Both the position numbers and the translations under genes were made by a program. A stretch of DNA of 62,975 nucleotides, the filler included, from Octopus bimaculoides (taxonomy: Eukaryota): assembly GCF_001194135.2 (NCBI RefSeq). It is 3 parts of 3 records of this genome, joined end to end, with 100 filler letters (N's around TTAATTAATTAA, not from the genome) between each part and the next. Parts side by side here need not be neighbours in the genome. Positions count along the whole stretch, not along the records: positions 44,281 to 62,975 come from NC_068999.1; 2 more parts are not named here. The stretch is one strand, 5' to 3'. This document shows positions 52,226-62,975 of this stretch, piece by piece. How positions within the stretch are numbered: position 1 is the stretch's first letter; the number at the start of each line of letters is the position of its first letter. The notes beneath the pieces are model-generated. The model was given only the letters and a program-made list of their open reading frames with translations. It made no database searches and was not told the DNA's origin.

Positions 52226-52354
52226 TTGAAATATTGTCTTCTCAAAACCTAGGTGATTTCTGCTGCCATGTTGGCTGTGTGCTTTGTAGATCATGTCAAA
52301 GAATTCTTCTTTGAGCACAACCCGCCGGAATCGTCCGAACAAGTCATCGTTGAG
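52226..52354 (-). CDS. Coding exon 2: first half of integrase H2C2 zinc-binding domain
   Basis: Acceptor TTTCCTCTTTTTGCAG and donor CAA|GTAAGC. 129 nt, phase 0/0. Encodes LNDDLFGRFRRVVLKEEFFDMIYKAHSQHGSRNHLGFEKTIFQ. Confidence 0.9.
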
Positions 52355-52578
52355 CTGCAAAAAGAGGAAATTATACAGAAACATCAAGAGGCTTGAAATA
52401 TTTTTGTTTTAATGGTGAAACTTGAAGCAGATGAAGTATGTAAGTTCTGGGTTAAAATGAAGAAAAAAAAAATAGCCTTTGGATAAGCGAAATGTCAAAG
52501 GACCTTCAACATTTTTCTATCTAATGATTTTTTTTTAAGCCAATATTCTACATGCTGTTATTTTTGGCCTGTAGAATA

Positions 52579-52730
52579 ATGGCTGTACGGCAAGAAGTTT
52601 GCTTGTCAACCACATGATTTTGGGTTCAGTTCTACAGTGTGGAACCATGAGCAAGTGTCTTCTATTATAGCCTTGGGTTGACCAAAGCCGTGAGTGGAAT
52701 TGGTAGAGGGAAACTGAAAGAAGCCTGTCA
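52579..52730 (+). mobile_element. SINE family C, 5-prime half
   Basis: Matches 46435-46590. Confidence 0.8.
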
Positions 52731-52742
52731 TATATATATATA

Positions 52743-53230
52743 TCATCATCATCATCATCGTTTAACGTCTGCTTTCCATGCTAGCATGGGTTGGATGGTT
52801 TGACAGGACTGGTGGGCCAGAGGCTACACCAGGCTCAATCTGATCTGGCAGAGTTTCTACAGCTGGATGCCCTTCCTAATGCCAACCACTCTGAAAGTGT
52901 AGTGGGTGCTTTTACGTGATACCGGCATGAGGGCCAGTCAGGCGGTTCTGGTAACGACCATGCTCAAAAGGTGTTTTTATGTGCTACCTTCACGGGAGCC
53001 AGTCCGGCGGCACTGGCAACGACCATGCTCGAATGTTGCTTTACACGTGCCACCGGCACATGTGCTGGTAAGGCGATGTTGGCAATGACCACGTTTGAAT
53101 GCTTTCCATGTGTCACCGGCACAGGAGCCAATCCGTGCCTCTGGTAACGATCACGCTCGGATGTGCTTTTAATATTCCACTGGCACAAGTGCCAGTCAAG
53201 CAGTACTGTCATCAGCCACGTCAGCAACTT
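52743..53230 (-). mobile_element. Retroposon family D with tandem internal repeats
   Basis: (TCA)n-CGTTTAACGTC start; repeated CACCGGCAC...CTGGCAACGACCATGCTC units. Confidence 0.85.
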
Positions 53231-53564
53231 TGATTTTGATTCTATATATATATAATCAATGTTGAGAGAAAAAAGGAAATGGAGAAATAATGGATGTATG
53301 AATAATTTATTTGTATGTTATAAAATGATGAAAATTTCTTTTAAAAAACAACAGTACAAATAAATTGATTACAAGGTGTAAAGCTCAAAAAATAAAATAA
53401 AACACAAATAAATTATTCATACACGCATTATTTCTCCATTTTCTTCTTTTCCCTCAATATCGATAATATATAATTTCAATAATCTCTAACATATACCAAT
53501 GGCTTTCGCATTATATGACAGGGATTAACCAGTGGAACACCTTGGATTATATAATCCCTAATGA

Positions 53565-53897
53565 GGAGCACCGCCTTTAGTTGAGCAAATTGACCCTAAG
53601 ACTTATACTTTGTAAGCCTAGTACTTATTCTATCGGTCTCTTTTGCCAAACCGTTAAGTTACAGGGATGTAAACACACCAGCATCGGTTGTCAAGTGATG
53701 TTGGGGGGACAGTAAAAAGCACCCACTACACTCTCTGAGTGGTTGGCGTTAGGAAGGGCATCCAGCTGTAGAAACTCTACCAAATCAGATTGGAGCCTGG
53801 TGTAGCCATCTGGTTTCACCAGTCCCCAGTCAAATCGTCCAACCCATGCTAGCATGGAAAGCAGACGTTAAACGACGACGATGATGATGATGATGAT
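53565..53897. mobile_element. SINE C 3-prime half (minus) fused to family D 3-prime end (plus)
   Basis: Junction GGGGGGACAG|TAAAAAGCACCCACTAC near 53711. Confidence 0.85.
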
Positions 53898-54854
53898 ATA
53901 TATNNNNNNNNNNNNNNNNNNNNNNNNNNNNNNNNNNNNNNNNNNNNNNNNNNNNNNNNNNNNNNNNNNNNNNNNNNNNNNNNNNNNNNNNNNNNNNNNN
54001 NNNNNNNNNNNNNNNNNNNNNNNNNNNNNNNNNNNNNNNNNNNNNNNNNNNNNNNNNNNNNNNNNNNNNNNNNNNNNNNNNNNNNNNNNNNNNNNNNNNN
54101 NNNNNNNNNNNNNNNNNNNNNNNNNNNNNNNNNNNNNNNNNNNNNNNNNNNNNNNNNNNNNNNNNNNNNNNNNNNNNNNNNNNNNNNNNNNNNNNNNNNN
54201 NNNNNNNNNNNNNNNNNNNNNNNNNNNNNNNNNNNNNNNNNNNNNNNNNNNNNNNNNNNNNNNNNNNNNNNNNNNNNNNNNNNNNNNNNNNNNNNNNNNN
54301 NNNNNNNNNNNNNNNNNNNNNNNNNNNNNNNNNNNNNNNNNNNNNNNNNNNNNNNNNNNNNNNNNNNNNNNNNNNNNNNNNNNNNNNNNNNNNNNNNNNN
54401 NNNNNNNNNNNNNNNNNNNNNNNNNNNNNNNNNNNNNNNNNNNNNNNNNNNNNNNNNNNNNNNNNNNNNNNNNNNNNNNNNNCAAAAAAACCCCCAAAAA
54501 ACCCCAATAAAAATGAAAAAAGCCCCCCCCCCCAAAAAAAAATCAATATCGGTTTCCACTTTTAGTTTGTGATCATAACCCAAGACCACCAATATATACG
54601 ATTACAAAACAAAACGAAACAAAACAACAAAAACACGATTTTCATGTTAAACTTAAGAGAAAAGAAAAACAAAACACAAAAAATAAAACTCATTTTCGCA
54701 AAAGACGATAAAAAATATCTGGCGAGAGAAACTCAACACATTTGAAAACTTTGTAATTCCTTATTAGTTCTTTATGTAACTAATTATGCCTAAACGAAAA
54801 ACTGACTCCAATCAAGATTACACACACACGTCTTATAATATTTATTTCAATAAT

Positions 54855-55050
54855 GACGAGAAGCTGGCAGACTCGTTGGCCCATCAGGCAAAATGCTTAG
54901 CGAAGTTCTGAGTTCAAATTCAGTCGAGGTAAACTTGATCTTTCATCCTCTCGGAGATCAATAAAATAAGTACCCGTTGAACTCTGGGTTCGATGCAACC
55001 GACTAACCCCAGCTACTCCAAAAATTGCTGGACTTGTGGCCAAAATTTAA
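54855..55050 (+). mobile_element. Diverged SINE family B
   Basis: AGCTGGCAGA...AAATGCTTAGCG...GTTCTGAGTTCAAATT. Confidence 0.75.
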
Positions 55051-55385
55051 AATCAGGAAGTTTTTGCCATAATTAAAAGCTTTAATAACCAAACGAAATT
55101 AAGAGCAACGCTGCAATTATTTTATGCAAATAAATTTATCCCAACAATGTTTCTTAAAATTGAACAAACAGAAGACTAAGATGATACACTAACATATATT
55201 TTCTGTGCCATTACATATACATTCACGCACACACATATACATTCACACACACGCCTACACAATCACACACAGAGGTTAAAACTGTACATTAGATGTGTTT
55301 ATTTGTTCGCCGGGACAATTCCTAATTTCCACAGCTCAAATACAAACTAACGTAATCATTAATCATAAATTAAAACTCAACGAAC

Positions 55386-55679
55386 CCTATTTGCGGTTTT
55401 CCGGCCCTTTTTCACTGTACACAAGACATTCTGTAATCGAAGCAAAGGGAAATCTTTGAGTTGGATTTTGTCCTGCTTCACATAAGACGTGATTTCCGAG
55501 TCTGAAAAGTCTGGATCGTTCTGAAGAACTTTCAAGATGCGTCCAGCTTTCTCTTGGGAGATGACACAGTCAGTGGGAGTGTCTGTTAAATACTGGTCAA
55601 TGCATTTATTGAATATTTCTTTGAACTCGGCCAAGCTTTTCGGTCGATCTCCCTCCATAATGTTTTGTATAACGGCCAT
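55386..55679 (-). CDS. Coding exon 1 of integrase-derived gene (NOL4/KRBA2-like N-terminal region)
   Basis: ATG at 55679 in strong context (ATAATGG) with an in-frame TGA at 55691-55689. Encodes MAVIQNIMEGDRPKSLAEFKEIFNKC...KGRKTANR. The phase-0 donor AGG|GTTCGT matches the phase-0 acceptor of the next exon. Non-repetitive, protein-like composition. Confidence 0.8.
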
Positions 55680-56051
55680 TATTAATCTTCAAACACTAAA
55701 GATTTATCAATCGAAGGGGAGGCTATTATAAACTTTATTTTGCAAGAGTTTCGTCCCTTTAATTATTCTGTTCTTAAATAAATAAATAAATAAAAAAATG
55801 ACCGTTTCCGAAATATAATTTTAGGTTTTTTACTTTTACGGTGGAACTTCAGAATTGGCATGTACTCGTTACTGTTGTTGTGTCTGGTTCTTATTCCAAC
55901 GACATCCTTTGTTGAGCGGCTTAGTGATGAGAATGTAAACAAACAAACACCGGCCGTCAAGTGGTATGTGTTAAGTCGGAACAAGCACACGCGCATATGT
56001 GTATCTTTCTTTTATCTTTTACCTTTTACTTTTTACTTGTTCCACTGATTT

Positions 56052-56490
56052 GAAGCACACTGTATGTCACAAGGCACTCTGGATGTCACGATCGAATCCC
56101 GAGGTACGCTGCATGCCACAACGAAGCCCACGGAACACAGCATGTCACAAGGAAGTCCCAAGTATGCCCGATGTCACGATCGAAGTACACCTGAGGCACA
56201 CTGTATGTCACGAGGAAGTCCAAGACACACTGTGTGACACAAGGCATGCCGTATGTCACATTCAAGACTCGTCGTAACGTCACGACGAAGCTCAAGGCAC
56301 GCCGTAGGTCGTCACTATGAAGTTCGTGACACACCGTTTGTGCCGAGGAAGTCCGAGGCACATCGCGTTCCACGACAAAGCCCAAAGTACGCTGTATCAT
56401 GGCACGCTGTCTGAAGGTTCGGCATGTGACACAACGAGGTCCAAGACACGCCGGCTGTCACAATTGTAGTCCAAAGCACCACCGTTTGTT
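56052..56490. repeat. Degenerate 29-bp CpG-rich tandem array
   Basis: Units such as GAGGCACACTGTATGTCACGAGGAAGTCC, GTGACACACCGTTTGTGCCGAGGAAGTCC and GAGGCACATCGCGTTCCACGACAAAGCCC, plus 19-bp short variants. Confidence 0.85.
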
Positions 56491-57852
56491 ATGGCAGTAC
56501 TCATACGATTCCATTAGGAATCGAGGGACCAAGGATAAAATAAGAAGATATATGTTGTGTGTAGTTAACGACATATACTTTATAAAAATTAACGATACCA
56601 CCTTTCTTCCACGACGACGACGACCACCACCACCGCCAGCACCAGCACCACCAGCAGCAGCAGCAGCACCACCACCACCACCACTACCACCTCCACCACC
56701 ACCACTGGACCAAAGCTCTACAGCCCTGATGGCTGATGTTTGTTGCCTTGACAAATTTTCCAACCTGTTTTCATTTGATATTTCGTTGATGTAGCTGATT
56801 CGCCGCTAATTAACTCAAAATACATACATACATACATACATACATACATACATACAAATATATATATATANNNNNNNNNNNNNNNNNNNNNNNNNNNNNN
56901 NNNNNNNNNNNNNNNNNNNNNNNNNNNNNNNNNNNNNNNNNNNNNNNNNNNNNNNNNNNNNNNNNNNNNNNNNNNNNNNNNNNNNNNNNNNNNNNNNNNN
57001 NNNNNNNNNNNNNNNNNNNNNNNNNNNNNNNNNNNNNNNNNNNNNNNNNNNNNNNNNNNNNNNNNNNNNNNNNNNNNNNNNNNNNNNNNNNNNNNNNNNN
57101 NNNNNNNNNNNNNNNNNNNNNNNNNNNNNNNNNNNNNNNNNNNNNNNNNNNNNNNNNNNNNNNNNNNNNNNNNNNNNNNNNNNNNNNNNNNNNNNNNNNN
57201 NNNNNNNNNNNNNNNNNNNNNNNNNNNNNNNNNNNNNNNNNNNNNNNNNNNNNNNNNNNNNNNNNNNNNNNNNNNNNNNNNNNNNNNNNNNNNNNNNNNN
57301 NNNNNNNNNNNNNNNNNNNNNNNNNNNNNNNNNNNNNNNNNNNNNNNNNNNNNNNNNNNNNNNNNNNNNNNNNNNNNNNNNNNNNNNNNNNNNNNNNNNN
57401 NNNNNNNNNNNNNNNNNNNNNNNNNNNNNNNNNNNNNNNNNNNNNNNNNNNNNNNNNNNNNNNNNNNNNNNNNNNNNNNNNNNNNNNNNNNNNNNNNNNN
57501 NNNNNNNNNNNNNNNNNNNNNNNNNNNNNNNNNNNNNNNNNNNNNNNNNNNNNNNNNNNNNNNNNNNNNNNNNNNNNNNNNNNNNNNNNNNNNNNNNNNN
57601 NNNNNNNNNNNNNNNNNNNNNNNNNNNNNNNNNNNNNNNNNNNNNNNNNNNNNNNNNNNNNNNNNNNNNNNNNNNNNNNNNNNNNNNNNNNNNNNNNNNN
57701 NNNNNNNNNNNNNNNNNNNNNNNNNNNNNNNNNNNNNNNNNNNNNNNNNNNNNNNNNNNNNNNNNNNNNNNNNNNNNNNNNNNNNNNNNNNNNNNNNNNN
57801 NNNNNNNNNNNNNNNNNNNNNNNCTAATAATAATAATAATAATATTAATAAT

Positions 57853-57902
<50 letters not shown>

Positions 57903-58384
57903 TCCTTTTTGACAGTAGGCACAAGGAGCAGAATTGGGCCACGCCGATTCACCAATGCAGGTCTCATTTCTTGCAAGTGATGGTCGGTCTGGGATTTTGA
58001 CAGAATACAGTTGCCCAAAGGTGCGGCACAGTGAGACTGAACCCGAAATCACGTGGTTGTAAAGCCAGCTTCTTAACTATGCAGCCGATTGTCGAGAATC
58101 AACCGTGCAATGCGCCACAGCACAGATGAATACGTTAGCTTTGCACAATAAAAGTTTTCTAGCTTTGTTTTAATGAAAGGATGTGATACAGTGGCTAGCG
58201 CTCATACTCGCTCGCGAGTGACGGCTGGTTGTTTTAGCTCCGCTCTAGAATGATTTTGATCGGCAGTGTCAAGAGAAAAAACTTAGGGGCACTAATTGGG
58301 GGGACATGCGGACTTCTGCTTACACTAAGGCTGAAACTAAATCTAGAATCACTTGATTTATGACTCCTGAATTTTGGCTGAGAG

Positions 58385-59580
58385 ATGGCCTGTCTCAGTG
58401 AGAAGCGATGGCATGATTCTGACCACGCCCATGGATGCTTTTACCAAACTACAACCATAGATGATTTCTACCGAATAATGACGAAGGATAAGCGGTGACA
58501 CTGGATGATGGGTAAGAGTGTATGGTTCTGGTTGCAACTACAGGGGTTTATCCCAAATCTATAATCACTGCAAATCTTCTGAATATTGATTAACGAATAG
58601 GCGATGTGAGTGGGCGGAGTAGGCGTGGTTAAGTCCACACCTACCCTATTTTTTGTTTTTTTTTACCAAATCTACTATCATAGATGATTTCTCCTGAATA
58701 TTGAGAATAAGTAGGCGGTGTCAGTGGGTGGAGCATGTGTGGCTTTGGCCACACCTTCTGAGACTTATGCCAATTCTACAAACAATGAATATTGATTGAT
58801 GGGTAGGCTCTGTCACTGGGTGGGGCATACGTGGTTTGCTCTCATCCATCGAGATTCATGCCAAAGATAATTCACTAAATGATTTCTTTTGAATATAAAT
58901 TGATGGATAAGATGGGTCTGGCCACACCCAGATAATTTCTTCTGAAGTTTGATGAGAAGTAGGCGGTGCCACTAGGAGGGGCATGTTTCTAAATACGTTC
59001 ACTGAGGCTTATGTCAAATCTACAATCACTATAGATAGGCGGTGCCACTTGGAAAGAGCATGGTCCTGGCTAAACCCACTGCGGCTTCTGTCAAATATAG
59101 ATAGGCGGTGTCACTGAAAGGAGACGTGGTTCTGGCCACTCCCACCGAGACTTATGTCAAATATACAATTACTAGTAGATTTCTCTTGAATATTAATTGC
59201 TGAATAGGTTTTGTTACTGGAAAGAATGTGATTCTGGCCACGCCCACTGAGACATGTCTAATTTGCAATCACTTGATAATTTCTTCTGAAGTTTGATGAT
59301 AGGTAGGCGGTGCTACAAGGAGGGGCATAACTCAAGTACACTTATCAGGCTTTTGTTAAATCACTATGGATAGGCGTTGCTTCTTGGAATGAGCATGCTT
59401 CTGGCTAAACCCACTGTAGCATATGTCAAATATACGATCTCTATGGATAGGCGGTGTCACGGGTAGGGGGCGTGGTTCTGGCCACTCCCACCGAGACTTA
59501 TGTTAGATATTAAATTACTAGATGATTTCTTTTGAATATTGATTATTGAAGGGGCGTGATTCTGACCACGCCCACCGATG
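58385..59580. repeat. Degenerate tandem array (~65-110 bp units, ~345-bp higher-order duplication) with GGGCGTGG-N6-CCACGCCC palindromes
   Basis: Recurrent TAGGCGGTG(T/C)CAC, TTCTGGCCAC(G/T)CCCAC, GAGACTTATGTCAAAT and GATTTCT..TGAATATT. GATAATTTCTTCTGAAGTTTGATGA at 58931 and 59275. Confidence 0.85.
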
Positions 59581-59693
59581 CTAATAAAACTCTCCTGGAT
59601 CGGGGTCGGGATGGGAGATGTTCTTGTAGTTGGTGGTAGCGGGTGGTAGCGGGTGGCAGCGGGTGGGGATTCTCAAAATTTTAAAGGTGAGAA

Positions 59694-59738
<45 letters not shown>

Positions 59739-60253
59739 CATCATCNNNNNNNNNNNNNNNNNNNNNNNNNNNNNNNNNNNNNNNNNNNNNNNNNNNNNNN
59801 NNNNNNNNNNNNNNNNNNNNNNNNNNNNNNNNNNNNNNNNNNNNNNNNNNNNNNNNNNNNNNNNNNNNNNNNNNNNNNNNNNNNNNNNNNNNNNNNNNNN
59901 NNNNNNNNNNNNNNNNNNNNNNNNNNNNNNNNNNNNNNNNNNNNNNNNNNNNNNNNNNNNNNNNNNNNNNNNNNNNNNNNNNNNNNNNNNNNNNNNNNNN
60001 NNNNNNNNNNNNNNNNNNNNNNNNNNNNNNNNNNNNNNNNNNNNNNNNNNNNNNNNNNNNNNNNNNNNNNNNNNNNNNNNNNNNNNNNNNNNNNNNNNNN
60101 NNNNNNNNNNNNNNNNNNNNNNNNNNNNNNNNNNNNNNNNNNNNNNNNNNNNNNNNNNNNNNNNNNNNNNNNNNNNNNNNNNNNNNNNNNNNNNNNNNNN
60201 NNNNNNNNNNNNNNNNNNNNNNNNNNNNNNNNNNNNNNNNNNNNNNNNNNNNN

Positions 60254-60298
<45 letters not shown>

Positions 60299-60699
60299 GA
60301 ATCATTATGCGAATCTTACAGACTGCTTGAGAAACTGTAACAATACCATCATTGTTCCACGTTGCTGTGTGTATTGTTAGGTATCCTGGTGTATAGTATT
60401 TTCTTTGATAGAATATCGATAATGTTTGTACACCAGGGGGCGCAACACTGCAGTAATTTTTCGTCTATCCAGTGGATTTTGTAATCTTTTGTTCCTGTGA
60501 ATAAATCAACGAAGAAATGGAATTTCTACGTCTCTGTCACTTCTATTTTCTGAAATTAGATTGCCGAATGAATTGTGTGTGTGTGTGTGCGTGTGTGCGT
60601 GTGTGTGCATAACCATGTATGTATGTCACTGCATGTACGTATTTATATATGTATGTGTATGTAAGCATGTATGTGTATATATATGTACATATTTGTAAT

Positions 60700-60933
60700 C
60701 GTAGATATTGTGTGTGTGTGTGTGTTTGCATATCTATCTATCTATCTATCTATCTGTACATACATACATACATACAGACAAACATGCTTACACACACATA
60801 CATACAGACATATATATATATATATATATATATNNNNNNNNNNNNNNNNNNNNNNNNNNNNNNNNNNNNNNNNNNNNNNNNNNNNNNNNNNNNNNNNNNN
60901 NNNNNNNNNNNNNNNNNNNNNNNNNNNNNNNNN

Positions 60934-60969
<36 letters not shown>

Positions 60970-60998
60970 TATGACGACGACGACGTCAAAGATTATGG

Positions 60999-61031
<33 letters not shown>

Positions 61032-61273
61032 GGAGGAGGAGGATTATGACGATGACGAGTATGATGGGGATGTTGATGATGATGATGGTTTTGATGATGG
61101 TGATGATGATTGATGATGAAGATGACGGTGATGACGAGGATGATGACGACGATGATGATGACAGTAACAACAACGATGACAACACCAACCACAACATAAT
61201 AATAATAATGATGATGACAACAACAACAACAACAATAATAATAGCATTAATGATAATACAACAGCAATAATAA

Positions 61274-61331
<58 letters not shown>

Positions 61332-61368
61332 TTCATTATTATCATTATTATCGTTGTTGTTATTGTTA

Positions 61369-61427
<59 letters not shown>

Positions 61428-62061
61428 GTNNNNNNNNNNNNNNNNNNNNNNNNNNNNNNNNNNNNNNNNNNNNNNNNNNNNNNNNNNNNNNNNNNNNNNN
61501 NNNNNNNNNNNNNNNNNNNNNNNNNNNNNNNNNNNNNNNNNNNNNNNNNNNNNNNNNNNNNNNNNNNNNNNNNNNNNNNNNNNNNNNNNNNNNNNNNNNN
61601 NNNNNNNNNNNNNNNNNNNNNNNNNNNNNNNNNNNNNNNNNNNNNNNNNNNNNNNNNNNNNNNNNNNNNNNNNNNNNNNNNNNNNNNNNNNNNNNNNNNN
61701 NNNNNNNNNNNNNNNNNNNNNNNNNNNNNNNNNNNNNNNNNNNNNNNNNNNNNNNNNNNNNNNNNNNNNNNNNNNNNNNNNNNNNNNNNNNNNNNNNNNN
61801 NNNNNNNNNNNNNNNNNNNNNNNNNNNNNNNNNNNNNNNNNNNNNNNNNNNNNNNNNNNNNNNNNNNNNNNNNNNNNNNNNNNNNNNNNNNNNNNNNNNN
61901 NNNNNNNNNNNNNNNNNNNNNNNNNNNNNNNNNNNNNNNNNNNNNNNNNNNNNNNNNNNNNNNNNNNNNNNNNNNNNNNNNNNNNNNNNNNNNNNNNNNN
62001 NNNNNNNNNNNNNNNNNNNNNNNNNNNNNNNNNNNNNNNNNNNNNNGTTGTTGTTGTTGTT

Positions 62062-62139
<78 letters not shown>

Positions 62140-62510
62140 AATAACGACGACGATGATGATGAAGATGATGATGATGATGATGATGACGATGATGACGATG
62201 ATGATGATGATGATGACGATGATGACAAAAACTATAACAATGAGTGAGTACAACAAGAGCAAGAAGAAGAAGAAGAAGAACAACAACAACAACCAATACA
62301 ACAATAGCAATAAATTGCACCAACTATTGTACTACCACCCAAACTGCAGCTACTGCTATCCTTGCTACTACTATTACTATTGTAGTAATAGTAGTAATAG
62401 TGGTAGTGGTTGTAGTGGTATTAGTAGTAGTGGTAGTAGTGGTAGTGGTAGCAGTAGTAGCAGTAGTAGTAGTAGTAGTAGTAGGAGGAGGAGGAGGAGG
62501 AGGTGGCGTA
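60700..62510. repeat. Compound AAT/GAT/TAG microsatellite region with gaps
   Basis: Directly visible. Confidence 0.95.
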
Positions 62511-62794
62511 GCAACAGTAACAGCCTCACCAGACGCCTAACAACTAAAACTCACAACCGCCATCGCAGGTCTTCACAAAGTCAGATTTCATTTTGGAACA
62601 CACGACAACAAAGTCGCCTACTTTCTCTTGTGTTCTTACAAAATAAAGCTTTGACTTCAATGCGAAGTCTCAGAAAGAGTTGACCAACACTTGAGCACTA
62701 AGCTGCCAAGAAGCGTGCCAAAAATACACTTGTGTGTGTGTATCTTTGTAATTGTACACACACACACACACACATATATATATATGTACATATA

Positions 62795-62960
62795 GGCGTA
62801 GGAGTGGCTGTGTGGTAAGTAGCTTGCTTACCAACCACATGGTCCCGGGTTCAGTCCCACTGCGTGGCACCTTGGGTAAATGTCTTCTACTATAGCCTCG
62901 GGCCGACCAAAACCTTGTGAGTGGATTTGGTAGACGGAAACTGAAAGAAGTTCGCCGGAT
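62795..62960 (+). mobile_element. SINE family C, 5-prime half
   Basis: GGCGTAGGAGTGGCTGTGTGGTAAGTAGC head and CORE-like segment. Confidence 0.9.
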
Positions 62961-62975
62961 ATATATATATATATA

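Noticed and set aside
55860-56048. Short ORF with signal-peptide-like start (MYSLLLLCLVLIP)
   Set aside because: It overlaps a decayed SINE C-like segment and has no other support.
56600-56730. Poly-Pro / poly-His-Gln / poly-Thr readings
   Set aside because: ACC/AGC trinucleotide repeat with no consistent splice signals.
58960-58985. CTCF-like motif CCACTAGGAGGGGCA in the array
   Set aside because: It mismatches at a core position and is not kept in the other units.
56052-59580. CRISPR-like reading of the tandem arrays
   Set aside because: Units are degenerate along their whole length with no unique spacers, there are no cas genes, and the context is eukaryotic.

Overview
AT-rich animal genomic DNA with many N gaps, dense microsatellites and at least five SINE-like families. 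The repeat complement suggests an octopus genome; this is an inference from remembered SINE families, not a search. Two artificial 100-bp linkers (44N-TTAATTAATTAA-44N) split the window into three joined scaffolds: 1-24146, 24247-44180 and 44281-62975. The main feature is a spliced minus-strand gene that the ORF track shows only as fragments. Its exons lie at about 55679-55386, 52354-52226, 51703-51080, 49223-48824 and 45598-45308, with a possible last exon at 40388-40237. The product has a NOL4/KRBA2-like N-terminus, an integrase H2C2 zinc finger, a long charged linker with a DHDY motif, and a Ginger2/KRBA2-type integrase core whose three catalytic DDE positions all appear substituted. It looks like a domesticated, catalytically dead integrase. 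The linker is open in two overlapping frames, one basic and one acidic. Two GC-rich tandem arrays lie upstream of the gene. Other content: CR1, RTE, hAT and mariner relics, MITEs, Penelope-type minimal hammerhead motifs, a three-finger C2H2 fragment and a few weak plus-strand exon candidates. Coordinates were counted by hand, and repeat boundaries are approximate.
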